Source: Octopus sinensis (Eukaryota). Taken from it: 64,000 nucleotides of DNA. Positions 63,663 through 64,000 of the stretch are shown in pieces. Below the pieces are notes generated by a model. The model saw only the letters and a program-made list of their open reading frames with translations. It was not told the origin of the DNA and made no database searches. Position 1 is the stretch's first letter, and the number at the start of each line of letters is the position of its first letter. The stretch is taken from assembly GCF_006345805.1 (NCBI RefSeq), contig NC_043022.1, positions 12,400,001 through 12,464,000 on the forward strand. The letters run 5' to 3'. The translations under genes and the position numbers were made by a program.

Positions 63663-63989
63663 TCTTCTCTATATATAAAAGGCAGGTTGTCTGTCTGTGT
63701 GTCTGTCAGGTTGTACCCTCACCCTGACCATGGCTTTCAACTGATTCTGATGAAACTTGACACACACATAGCCCAATGTCATAATTCAAAACTAACGCAG
63801 CAAAAATTTTGAAAAGTTCCCTCAGTTCTGAAAAAAATTTATAAATTCCGCCACTTCAAGCAGTCAACGAGACAAAACATGACCAGACAACATAACTTTG
63901 GCATACTTCTGCTAATCGCAGCTGCAGCCGCAAGTCGTTGCCTATTAGGGGTTCTTACATACCTGGGAAACGCTGGGCTATGCTGCTAG
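63663..63989 (+). mobile_element. Non-autonomous Helitron (related termini to 19468, different interior)
   Basis: A|TCttctctatatataaaag..gttgtctgt 5' end; hairpin cctgggaaacgctggg; CTAG|T. Confidence 0.82.
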
Positions 63990-64000
63990 TCCTAGATAAA

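Noticed and set aside
63740-63760. ctgatgaaac hammerhead-like string
   Set aside because: No room for stem II; lies inside a Helitron.

Overview
AT-rich, repeat-saturated eukaryotic DNA, intronic or intergenic. The SINE repertoire and dense (TA)n/(CA)n/(GATA)n/(CAT)n microsatellites suggest an octopus (coleoid cephalopod) genome; this is inferred, not confirmed by a search. I find no intact multi-exon host gene; the only candidate is one terminal exon at 220-302. Nearly all ORFs in the track are microsatellite artefacts or transposon remnants. The window holds many copies of five tRNA-headed SINE families (my labels A, B, C, D, G) plus free RTE-LINE 3' tails (E). It also holds decayed LINEs (RTE, R4/Dong, Hero/NeSL-like, Tx1/L1), two Penelope GIY-YIG remnants, a full-length 1.63 kb Tc1 relic, mariner and maT fragments, hAT/Tc1/pogo/piggyBac MITEs, two non-autonomous Helitrons and a decayed Helitron helicase region. 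Most notable: (i) several minimal type-I hammerhead ribozyme motifs with palindromic stem III, one with an intact core downstream of a Penelope endonuclease; (ii) a repeated putative pseudoknot module in the RTE 3' tail; (iii) a 74-bp target-site duplication around a SINE; (iv) a near-perfect ~325-bp inverted duplication. All alignments, translations and folds were done by eye; family names come from recalled motifs.
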